Origin: Rhina ancylostomus
Taxonomy: Eukaryota
Reading direction: 5' to 3'
NCBI GenBank assembly: GCA_030265395.1
Contig: JARFYF010000068.1
Coordinates: forward strand, 6,356,634 to 6,420,633
DNA: 64,000 nt
Within the stretch, counting starts at the first letter, position 1; the number at the start of each line of letters is the position of its first letter. Below, in pieces: positions 12,301-23,220 of this stretch. The notes beneath the pieces were generated by a model. It saw only the letters and a list, made by a program, of their open reading frames with translations, searched no databases and was not told where the DNA came from. Made by a program: the position numbers and the translations under genes.

Positions 12301-15023
12301 GCCAACATTTTCTTGGATCTCACGTTTCTGTTTGCAGTGGGTATACTCGCAGACCCTGTGTTACTTTAGCCTACCATGGGGGTAACTCCGGCACGATTTT
12401 CACAGTCGTCAGATTCTGCGGAGAATCATGTCAAAGCTTAGCTCCCCCGAAGACACTGGCAACCATTGTAAGCTTTCTGCGGGAGCAGGCGACTGCCTCT
12501 AACCTGGAAATGTAAACTCTCAGCCCTTTCCATGCGAGAAAGTATTAACTGGTGTTATAGTCATGCAGATACACCTATTTCCGTGTTTTATTAACAACCA
12601 TGAAAGCACCACTCCTGGCCGTTTGCCACAGGACATTAGCATCAAATATCGGGGGGTGGGGGGAACCTCTCCAACTTCTCATTTTCATGTCATAAATAAA
12701 GCATTACTGACAGTAATAATCAAATCCAGCACATTACTGACATTAATAACCAAATCCAGCACATGGATGATTGTGTAGACAGGTAAAGTAGCACAGTCAT
12801 CCCTACTTGACTACTTCCATAGATGGCAACAGCGTAGAGCTCGAACGAAACAGTGGAAAAGCAAAACGTCTGCGTCAGCTTTCCCTGTCTATCACCAGAC
12901 GCCGCAAAGAAGATCTAGTGGGTCAACAAGAACTTGAAAATGCAGAGAGTTGCACACCTCGGCAGTCATTTATGGCAGAGGGCAAGCGGAGATTTTTGAG
13001 TGTATAGCCAGGATAACTTGTGCCAACCTTCCCATTGGTAGACTTCCGACAAATTAACCGTGCCGTTATAGTGCATCCCAGAATGTTAATTCACGGAGTG
13101 GTGGTGATCCCAACCCTCCCTCGCAGTGGCGAGTATAGGTCATCCAGAGAAAATATGGGAAAATGGATTGCCAGCACGAGCAGATTTTTTGGAATATTCT
13201 CAATGCAAATTGGACGGATGACAATAATTGAGCCATTGTTTCATGAAGGCCAATAGTGTTATTGTTCAGTTCGTAATACTTCATCACAATGAGGTGGAGT
13301 GAGCACTGATACATGTTCACTAGATCATGGCTGAACAACCATTCCACCAATTCACTAGCGGGCAATCGGGAAGGGGAGACCAAAGGAAACACTGTAAAAC
13401 CTCTCACGGCAAACATTAAGAGCTTGCTGGTGTCTCCTAGCGCCACCTGTAAATACTGCTAATTTGTCTACAGCTTCGGGGTTGAAGGCTTTGGGACCTC
13501 AGGGTGCACACATCAAAGAATCCCGCGTAAGAGAATTTCGACCCTGAGTGATCAGTGAATTCCAACAGGTTGCGGAATAAGGACGACTTTCAAAATATAT
13601 CTGATTAGAGGGAAGATGAGTTTTAATGACTTGAGTGATTACTTGTCCGATGAGGATTAGGATGGCTCATAGATAGGCACATTAACTTTGCCAGTTCTGA
13701 TCGAGAGAAACATAACGTTCCCTCGGTACTTCAGTTCGTCTATGTAAGGGAAAGCTTTCTACTGAGAATTAAACAGTTTATTAATTTAAATCAGAATAAT
13801 TTTACTCTTTTCCAGGAGATATTAGTTCACAATGGAGTCCATAGCTATTTGAATCCAGAGCATGGCAGATGGAATATGCTTAAAGAAATCGTTAGGTGTA
13901 TACACCTGGCTCTCAAATATTTCACTCTTTACACTTCTTTTGTGCATTGTCAACAGTACCGTTTCATTCAATACACTGAGAACTGTTATCAAATCAGAAA
14001 CAGGTGTATCCACTTCTTTTTCTTAAACGAGTAATTTGAGCAATGGACAAACAGAATGAGCTAATGTTTTGATGTCCTGCTTTATAAAGGGGTTTGACAT
14101 TTGTATGCTCATAAAATGAGCAAATTTGAATTAATGTCCTATTATGAACCTTAACAAATTATTCTTCTGTTTCAATTCAACATTAAAGGAAGCAAAATAT
14201 ACAAATGCTTGATCTTCGTTCCTCNNNNNNNNNNNNNNNNNNNNNNNNNNNNNNNNNNNNNNNNNNNNNNNNNNNNNNNNNNNNNNNNNNNNNNNNNNNN
14301 NNNNNNNNNNNNNNNNNNNNNNNNTGACCTGTTGAGTTCCTCCAGCATCTTGTTTGTTGCTAAGGGTCAAATACGTTGGAATTGCTGTTGGTGACAAGGA
14401 TCCTTCCCCAATATACCCTGCATTTCATGAGGCTCACATCATGGAACCAAACTAAGAATTCATCAGAATACAGAGGTGAAGTTTTAGATCCCAGATCTGA
14501 GATTCAGACAAAAAAAGGCTTTTGCACATTTTGTCTGATTTTTTTCTCATGTGCTAACCATTTAGCTTGGGTGCAAACCATTAACACTAGACTCCTTTGT
14601 ACAGGTCACCTGCCTGCCTCCCTAGCCAGGAAAGATCATATAGAAGGGAGCAGAACAGTAGTAAAAATTGCCAGTTTCTGCTAATGTTAAAAAATATACC
14701 TTCCTAGGCTTGGACAAAGTCTAATTTCCACCCCATTTGATAACAGTTATTATTTCTAAAAGTTGTCATTTTGAAATACTTTGGTCCCATATGGTTCATT
14801 ATGTCTACATTAGTTGATGCTTAATTAATCTTGAAAATTTGAAGCTTGCTTTACCAAACCTCAAGCAAACTAAACAATGTGATAGCAACAAATGTTAAAA
14901 TATTTATGATACAATAAAGCCTGCTGAGAGCTCATCAATATATAAAATGTATGAGGCAGGCTGAATAATAATCCCATTACAGTTACTATAAGTAGGGTAT
15001 AACTATAAGCAGTTACTATAAGT

Positions 15024-15275
15024 GGGCGGCACGGTAGCATAGCGGTTAGCGTGACGCTATTACAGCACCAGCGATCGGGGTTCAATTCCCATTGCTGTCT
15101 TTAAGGAGTTTGTACGTTCTCCCATGTCTGCGTGGGTTTCCTCTGGGTCCTCCAGTTTCCTCCCACATTCCAAAGACGTATGGGTAGGTTAACGTGGGTT
15201 TAAAAAAAATGGCAGTGCAGACTCGTTGGGCCAGAAGGGCCCGTTACCATGCTGTAAATAAAATTTTAAAAATTA
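15024..15275 (+). mobile_element. tRNA-derived V-SINE, near full length
   Basis: tRNA-like head GGGCGGCACGGTAGCATAGCGGTTAGC...GGGGTTCAATTCCC (A/B boxes), V core, LINE-like tail TGGGCCAGAAGGGCCCGTTACCATGCTGTA. Confidence 0.88.
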
Positions 15276-15384
15276 AGAGATGTTGGAAAAATAATCAATT
15301 TTCGCCCACAGAATCAGCAATGTTATAGTGTTTGCTTTTTATCATCAATGCTGATGTCAAGAATAAATAAATGCAACTAAATAG

Positions 15385-15458
15385 TCAGTCAGCTCCTTCT
15401 GCCAAGTCGTAAATTTGTCCTGCTTCCGCGACTCTGTGAAAGTTGCCGAGTTTTATCA
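15385..15458 (-). CDS. Putative terminal coding exon: (V)IKLGNFHRVAEAGQIYDLAEGAD*
   Basis: Acceptor cattttcag; open in phase 1 to TGA at 15385-15387; an alternative phase-2 reading ends at TGA 15389-15391. Confidence 0.5.
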
Positions 15459-15852
15459 CTGAAAATGTTTTACAAACACAACAGTCTGAATAGACACCAA
15501 CATCCAATTGAAAGCAAATCAAACAAACATGACAACGGCGAAGATGCATGATTTGAAGTACAATCTCTGGGGGTATTTAATTATGCACGTAATAATAAAA
15601 ACTTTTCCTGCTGCTGTTCGGAAGGTGAAAACTTCGAAACTTTCATTGTCGGGAATAATTGAATATTTTTGGAAATGTAAAGTTTTATCACTTTTTTTTG
15701 TAAAGGATCAATCTCGTTTATGGTTAAAGTACGCAAAGAAAGGAAATAAATCAGCGTTCCTCAAAAATGTAAATTAGTTTTGCGAATTGCTGTTTGCAGA
15801 TTGAATATCATTGTAACGGTAATGTATCAGTCTTACTTTTTCGCCTCCTCAC

Positions 15853-15858
15853 CTTTTC
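15853..15858 (-). CDS. Putative 6-nt micro-exon GAAAAG (22 nt, to 15837, with the second donor)
   Basis: Strong acceptor ctttatttttcag; donors AAG|gtgagg and AAA|gtaaga. Confidence 0.5.
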
Positions 15859-16660
15859 CTGAAAAATAAAGTTATTATCGGTTGACTCATTGGGCAGAAT
15901 GGAACTCGTGATTCAGTGCTCAGGACTATTTTACAGTTGTCTATTGCTATAAATATAAAAACTCGGAGTAATGTTTCTGTTTGCTGTGTGAAAATGCCAG
16001 TGAGATAAACGCATTCGTCAACTGCAATGTTATTGAAAGGATGTGATACAGAAATTAACGGTAACCTGCAGCGCTAAGCGGGTGTCGCCAAGTCATCAAC
16101 TGCAATTGCAATCAACCAGCCCCCACGCCCGCCCTATAATGTTTTATTTGGTTATAATCGACTGGCAGCTTCATTGAAAACTGTCGTCTATATCCTGCCT
16201 GCGCATCAGGGCTTCGCTTAACTACATGCCCACAGGGCTGAGACAGCTGTCAATTTTACTGACTTCTTTCTCTGCTTCTGATTTCGCCATTGAGTTCAAC
16301 CGTGGAGCACAAACGGACTGAGGACAGGGACCTGGCTCGATCAGCGTGCGCCCCCTCAGCCAGTATCGCAGACCGATTTCTTTTTTTCTCTCTCTAAACA
16401 TAACCTAACTTATTCACAACGCCCATCTGTAGAGAGCTGACGATGAAAATTATTTCTATGTACCTTCAACTGATTTCTCTATTTCACTTCAAGGTTACAA
16501 CAGTATTACATCAGAGCGAATAAGAGAAGAGGCAGCCTGATTATGCTTAACGGTATGCATGGAGTCAAGAAGTAAATTAATTGATTTCTGACGTCCCATT
16601 CAATTGCTGAATAGAAAGATAGCTGCAGGAAATCTAGCTGAATAAACGAATCTGTCTTAC

Positions 16661-16681
16661 TTTTCAATCCTTCATCTTGAG
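16661..16681 (-). CDS. Micro-exon 21 nt: (A)QDEGLK
   Basis: cattctatcttccag|CTCAAGATGAAGGATTGAAAA|gtaaga. Confidence 0.55.
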
Positions 16682-17806
16682 CTGGAAGATAGAATGTTCA
16701 GAGAAAAATGTCTGATTAGACAATGTTCGTCCGGATGATAAGTTCTTAATCAGTCCTGAATTTAGTTTGGCCTCGGTAAAGGACGCAGTATTGATTGGTA
16801 ACGAAAGTACATTATTCTGTTCAGACCAGGGTATAACGTATCTCGATAGCCATTAATAGACGTTCAGTTCGTATTTCTTAAAACGTAGAAGTTTAACGTG
16901 CATAACGTTTATCTATGAAACAAATGCGCTGACGCCGTGTGCATTGTCATTATTGCCTTTGATTCCTTTCTGTGCATAAACCAGAAACGGTTATTTTTGC
17001 AGAATTTCTCCATTGGTGCCAATATGCAGGGTGATAAATCGGGGGAAATTTAGGGCTCACTAAGTTGCACAGTGATTAAACCAACTTTTATTCAAACATA
17101 TTCCATTATCTGCAGGGTCGCCCTCAAATCATTACAGCATGATTTACAGAAATATGTAATACCGAGAGCGCGACTGTGCCAGTAACCTCTCCCGAATTTT
17201 TATCCGCGATTGTGCTTCCACTGCAAGGGATCTTCCCAAAGGTGAGTGCGGGGCAGTTGTCCGGTTTGGTTGGTGTTGGGCTGGAAGGGTAGAGCCGTGC
17301 AACCTCTTGAAAGGCGTTAATCTGGGATTGAGTGGAGCATCCCGGCAGGCATGGCGAATGCGGGCGTTTGTTGGTGCTGGCAGCGACTTGTCCGTGTGCT
17401 TACAGACCGCCTGCTCTTGGTGGGTGCGATGNNNNNNNNNNNNNNNNNNNNNNNNNNNNNNNNNNNNNNNNNNNNNNNNNNNNNNNNNNNNNNNNNNNNN
17501 NNNNNNNNNNNNNNNNNNNGATTCAGATCCTGTATCTGAACTATTCGTGAACTGCGAGAGAGCATCTTCATTCGGAGTTAGGCTTTTATCTTCCAACTGG
17601 GCTGAATTGTGATGAGTTCCTATTGTACTTTGGTGGGAATTTCCCGGAGGAAAGGAAAACGCAGAAATAGCCGTTTCTTTCTAATTAAATGGCAGGGTTT
17701 TACTCAAATGAACACGAAAATGTGAGATACATGAATGAGAACGTTGCAGCTTTGTAGTCTGTGACATGAACATACGTGATCAGTAAAAAAGGGATTTGTT
17801 ACTTAC

Positions 17807-17833
17807 CGCAAATTTCACGAAGATAATTGAGCT
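17807..17833 (-). CDS. Micro-exon 27 nt: ELNYLREIC
   Basis: gtctttag|AGCTCAATTATCTTCGTGAAATTTGCG|gtaagt; resembles 28774-28800. Confidence 0.75.
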
Positions 17834-19029
17834 CTAAAGACGAATAGGCCGGAGATGAGTGATATTGATAGATTATGCAAATAACGTGACTTCATTGTTT
17901 CACAAAAGGTAAAACATTTACAAATGGATTAGCTTTCAATTGTGAGGACAAAGTGCAGAATCACAGAAGGGTTGCATCATTATGGGAGGACATCTGAGTC
18001 GCTGAGCTCGTACTGGTTTTATGTGAGTAAAATGAAATTCGTCCCACTCAACTGCCTTTTGTCCATCTCTCTAAACTGTTTTCTCTTAGATAATTACCTA
18101 GCATCCTTTTAGCACAACATTTTGATCTACATGCACCAACACTCCTAGCAGAACATTCTTACCACTGCTAGTGCATTGTCTTTGGTGTGTCACTTTTGAT
18201 TGTTTTTCCAATCAATTATTTGTCTCTCACTTCTTCAAGCCGCTGCCAAAGAGAATTTCTTTCTGCCTACGGGCCAGCCCTTCATAATTTTAAGTATCTT
18301 TGTCAATGTATTGTAGCTAGATCTTTCCCAGTCTGTTCCAACTACCCAGTCTTTTCACAGGACTACATTCCCTCATCACTGTCATCATCTCGGTAAAGCA
18401 GCATTCTCTCCAAGCTTACACAGATCTCTTAGAATCTGGCGCCCAGAAGCAAACATAGCCCCCCAGTTATGACTGTGCGGTTATTTCATAAAGACAGATC
18501 AACTGTTCGTGGTGGTGGCACCAAGCCCACATCCTACATGCTCCTTTCATAACCATTTCAATTAAATTAGTCCACGCTGGAAGATTCAGAGAACAATGGG
18601 CATATACCCACAGATATCTCTAATTCTGTGTCCTCTCAGTATTGTCGCATAAAGTTGAAGAGCATTTAAAAGTTTTCCTGCCACAATGTAACACTTCACA
18701 GTTCTCAACATTCATTTATCAGTATTAAACATGGCAATATCTTTGAGCGGTGGCATAGACAACAGATACACGTGCACAAGAATAATACAGCAGAGACCTG
18801 AATGCTGCACTACAAGGAGATAAAATCTCAGAGAAAAATAACACGGAAAAATAATTAATCTTATTTCCTTATCAAAACATCCTTTGTAAGCTTTATTGCA
18901 GATATTGTAAGTTTTTGTAGTTAACTACAACTTCAGTTTTTGTTCGTCAAACAATAAACACACTCTGTAAGCGCGAGCAAGTAGATCTGTAACAGTTAAC
19001 ATGCCATCCTGCTTAAATCTGTTGCAATC

Positions 19030-19245
19030 TTTGAATATTGTGTCAGGCCGCCCTTTGAATACTGTGTGCAGTTTTGAACGCTGCACAATCGGTAGGGCGT
19101 GATTGCGCTGGGTATGGTGTAGAGGAGATTCGCCGGAAATTTGCCTGGATTAGAGGAACCAAGGAGTTTGAGGCGTGACCTGACAGAAATATACAAGATT
19201 ACGAAGGGCGCATATATTGTCGATAGAATCTTTCCCCTATGATTT
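19030..19245 (+). mobile_element. CR1 LINE fragment
   Basis: GTCAGGCCGCCCTTTGAATACTGTGTGCAGTTTTGA (VRP..EYCVQF) and GACCTGACAGAAATATACAAGATT (DL.E.YKI). Confidence 0.7.
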
Positions 19246-20119
19246 TAGATGATCTTTGCGTGACAAAGTGACCCAGGGCGAATCTCACATGAACGGAATA
19301 CCTTGTTTGGTCCTTAAACTACATTTATTTGAATGGTGATATCGGACATTAATGTTACAGTCAAAATCCTGCATTCTGTGGCCGTGATATGGGTACAACA
19401 ATCACTACCAACCAAAATTATGGAGGAAATCTTAAAATATTTTGTGCGTCCCAGCAATGACTGCCAAAACATCATGAGTTGTTTTGCCTCGACTTTCATG
19501 ATGCTTTTTATTTTTTGATATACTGCGGAGACATGCACAGTGTGAAATGATTTCCGTCGCATGAAGTTCCCGTTGCAATCCAGTGAACACAATGGGAAAT
19601 GTCATGAATGATGTTTGCGTGCGTAAATTGTTTTTAACGGCAAGATATTCTTTAGCTGAAATGGAATGGACTATCCCCGCAGAATATGCATTTTTGTCGG
19701 CATGAAGTCCTGGTCTCTCGGATATCGAATACTTTTCGCAGGCTGAAACACATTCTCTTGCATTTCTCATTTAGGTACCCCGGAATGGATATATTTTTCA
19801 ACTAATTGTTCCGTTAGCTATTCACGAATTTATTATGAATTGTATTTGAACCTATATTTCCTGATTTGTATGTTACTCTCTCGAAAGCTTGACTGATCGA
19901 ACACAGACGACATTATGACCTCCCGCATCCAATTTCCAGATCTGGGAAATGCAGCGCGGCTGCGTGTTCCAGTGACAAGAAAAGAGTTTGAACGTCATTC
20001 ATTCATCGCTGAGTGTAGAAGCCAGTTCTATATTTTTCATTTAACGAATAATTGCAGTTCTTTTCTCAGTGCATAAGCCGTCGTTAAGACTATAATATCA
20101 CCACGATGAGGTACATTAC

Positions 20120-20146
20120 CTGACTCCTTTTCACGCAATTTTTCCT
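20120..20146 (-). CDS. Micro-exon 27 nt: EEKLREKES
   Basis: tattatcag|AGGAAAAATTGCGTGAAAAGGAGTCAG|gtaatg; EEQLKEKDA class. Confidence 0.8.
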
Positions 20147-21299
20147 CTGATAATAGATTAAATGTTAATTATTTATGTGGTTTTGTAACTTGCTTATTTG
20201 CAGAATCGAAACATACATAACCAACTATTTGTAAAAAGATTAAAATTTGCACAGGAATTTGGTTCTCCAAGAACTTCTTCAGTGTGCAAATTGACAGCTG
20301 TTTGTTTCCATTTCTTTCGATTTAAATGGTGTACCTTTCCTAGGTAATACTTTTTCTCCCTACGAATCTCCTATCTGGATGGATTCCTTGAAGACGTGTA
20401 TGTCGGCATTGGAGTTTCGATGGTGTTCCTTTCGTGTTTGTGAATTCCATGAGGAATAATAGTTGTTACTAGCGCACAATCTAAGTTGGTAAAGATAATA
20501 TTAGACATTATAAAAGTATGAAGATAAGCTGATTATTATGAAGATCATTGTCTATTGTCTATTATGTGACACTAGCCTTCAGTTGACAATAGGCTGTCTG
20601 TAATATTCAATGAGATAACGGATGCCAATAGAATGCGGCCTTTAACAGTCAGGCGTTGCTTTGCCTCTATATGCAATAGATCCACCTTTGCATATGCCAG
20701 TGAGTTCATAACTGATAGGCCCAATCCAGTTCAGTTGTTTCCCTTGCAGTTTGTGTCATTTTCCCTACAATAGGTTATGTCGAAATCTCTGAATAGAGGT
20801 ATGTCACGCTCTGAATTAATGGATCCGAATTGACGATAGACTTTGCAAGTGATGGGGTGAGGCTGGGAGGTGATCACAATGAATGAAATTGAAGTTGAAC
20901 GTTAGTACTGAGTGAAAGATGAAGCTTTGAGATATACTGTATATGTGAGATACGGGCTGGTGAAATACAGACAGTTCTCTCAAAATAGGGAAGATGAACG
21001 TGTTAAGATATTTGTGAATTTGAATATATAACTCTGAACTATGCTTTGTCAATGTCCGAGTCAGTAATTTAAGTTGAAATTCGTCTCGGAAATAATTGTT
21101 TGGATAACGTAATCAATATTAGTTTAGTCATACCTCTATGACGGACGAAGTAATTTCGAAATTATATTTTACTTGGTGAATTCATTTTTAATGCAACCAA
21201 ACAAGTCATTTAATGCCAATATTATCTTAAGATCACGCACAATACAATTATTTGTGGTACTTAACATGAATGTTTGATGAATTAAGTTTATAAATTAAC

Positions 21300-21335
21300 C
21301 TAGTTCCTCACGGATGTCTTCCATCTCCTTAAGAT
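21300..21335 (-). CDS. Micro-exon 36 nt: DLKEMEDIREEL (24 nt with internal donor)
   Basis: ttttgtttttttacag|ATCTTAAGGAGATGGAAGACATCCGTGAGGAACTAG|gttaat. Confidence 0.72.
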   Translation of the reverse strand: MLRRWKTSVRN

Positions 21336-22268
21336 CTGTAAAAAAACAAAACGAAAAGATTTGCAGTTCATTGAAGCTGCAGTTAGGGGTCACTCGTTTC
21401 CGCTCATTGGTTTCTGTTTCACACAAAAGTACCGCATGTTCCCGAACTGCGTGTGCATATTAACTACTGTGGACGGTGGAAGTGCAACATGATTTGAACA
21501 CACAGACACTCAGGCACCCAAGCAAGCACACGCACACGTTCGATGTGACTTTACATCTGTCTGATCAAGAATAACATTCGACCAGCTGAGTACGGATATT
21601 TCTGATTCATTACATCAATTCACCTCGATTTGTTCAGAATTAATATTCAATTATGCAACAAATTATTTCAATATGACAATATATATAATCTGATAAATGA
21701 TTGGCACACCTAATTAAAACATTTTACTTACTAATTTTCGAAACTGATAATGAAAGTTGGCCCGGAAGATAGAACAGAAAACAATAACGCACGGCTGATA
21801 ATGTCAGCGAAATATTCATAACGGGAAATATTCGAAAAATTAGGAGAATCAAAAAAGTGATCGGGAGTTATGATTTAACGAAGGTTCTTTGGGAAATCTA
21901 GTGTACAAAATTAACAGACGTGGAATGAAAAAAAAGAATGAGATTGGAAGATAAATAATTCCATGGAACATCGAGAGAATTGAGGCCGCTGTAATCAAAT
22001 GGTTATTCGACATTGTTCAATAAAATAAATGACAGGAATTGTGTATCGCTCCCTTTCATTTTTGTTAAATCTGTTGCGTCATCCGAACCCGGCGCCCCCA
22101 CCCCGTCCCAGTATTTCATGACTGTAAATCAAGAACTCTGAACATGTCAGTTTTAAACCTGTAGGAAATGACTTTGTCCAATTTGGTCAACTGAGATGTT
22201 AGAAAATTATACATCCAAAAAGATAACATAATTATTTATTAGTCGTAAACCTTTGTGCAAACACTCAC

Positions 22269-22295
22269 CACTGCTTTGACCACCTCCTTCTAGTT
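22269..22295 (-). CDS. Micro-exon 27 nt: ELEGGGQSS
   Basis: attgtttcag|AACTAGAAGGAGGTGGTCAAAGCAGTG|gtgagt. Confidence 0.75.
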
Positions 22296-23184
22296 CTGAA
22301 ACAATAATAATGATGACAGAAGCATCAAAAGAAAGCCGAAATTTCCAAGGGCATAAGATATACAAGGATTATTAAAAGCAAGTAACGTCGTGCAAAGAAG
22401 TGAAATAAATTCTGAATTACCAGACTCTCTCTGACGTAGTTTCCTCTCTGTTCCGAGAAATAAAAGGAGTGAAACTCTTTCCTACGCTGTTGAATTCACC
22501 GCCCGACGTCAACCTTTCCCAAATTGAAACATGATCAATTTCGGCTAAACCTCTTTTCGTTCGTCAGTTAAATAACCGCTTTCTCCTATACCTCCAAAAG
22601 CCTTTCATGCCCCAAAATACATCTATCTTCTTCTTAAACATATTCAACAATTTGGCCTTGGAGCTTTCTGTGGTGGCAAATTCCATAGATGCATTCGGTT
22701 TGGAGTGAACATATTCTCCTCAATTCAGTTTTGAATGACTCATCTCAGTTTATGTGCAGCACTTGCTGCGAGAGATTAGCAATCAAAGTACACTTAGGAT
22801 GTGCGAAACGTTGCAAACATATACCAAAATGTTAAATGGCATTTGCAGATCGCAATGTTTTTAATAGTAAAGATACAGTAGCAATCAACAAAGCGATTGA
22901 AACAAGATTTGGGAAACTATTCAAAATGGATGGCAGCGAATTTGATATAAACTATGCAGCGTGATTAATTTCTTCTGACAACAGACAAAAACACAGCACG
23001 TGGCTTGGAAAGATTGCCAATTTCCAAGTCAGCAATATTATTAAATTCACAATAACTAAAATTAAAACCAAGTATCTTGTGTTATAAATGTACTATACAT
23101 CATCTGACGTTAATTTAGTTTGCAAAAGTTTGCTGTAACTGTTTAAAAATCTAACATAGTAGTCGTGCCGTTTCATGCTCTTAC

Positions 23185-23220
23185 CCATATCACGGACTGC
23201 TTTCCTAAGTTTTTCCATTT
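23185..23220 (-). CDS. Micro-exon 36 nt: EMEKLRKAVRDM
   Basis: tttttttcag|AAATGGAAAAACTTAGGAAAGCAGTCCGTGATATGG|gtaaga. Confidence 0.8.

Noticed and set aside
12702-12761. 30-bp tandem duplication CATTACTGACA.TAATAA.CAAATCCAGCA
   Set aside because: Two copies only; an ordinary local duplication.
9689-13007. Possible plus-strand gene from exon-like blocks (about 9689-9752, 9940-9957, 11443-11531, 12823-13007)
   Set aside because: The last two join in frame, but I could build no complete consistent chain or start and recognised no protein family; compatible with chance.
13355-13446. Alternative terminal exon GGARRHQQALNVC...PIAR* on the minus strand
   Set aside because: Open in phase 1 but no better supported than 15385-15458; kept only as a fallback.
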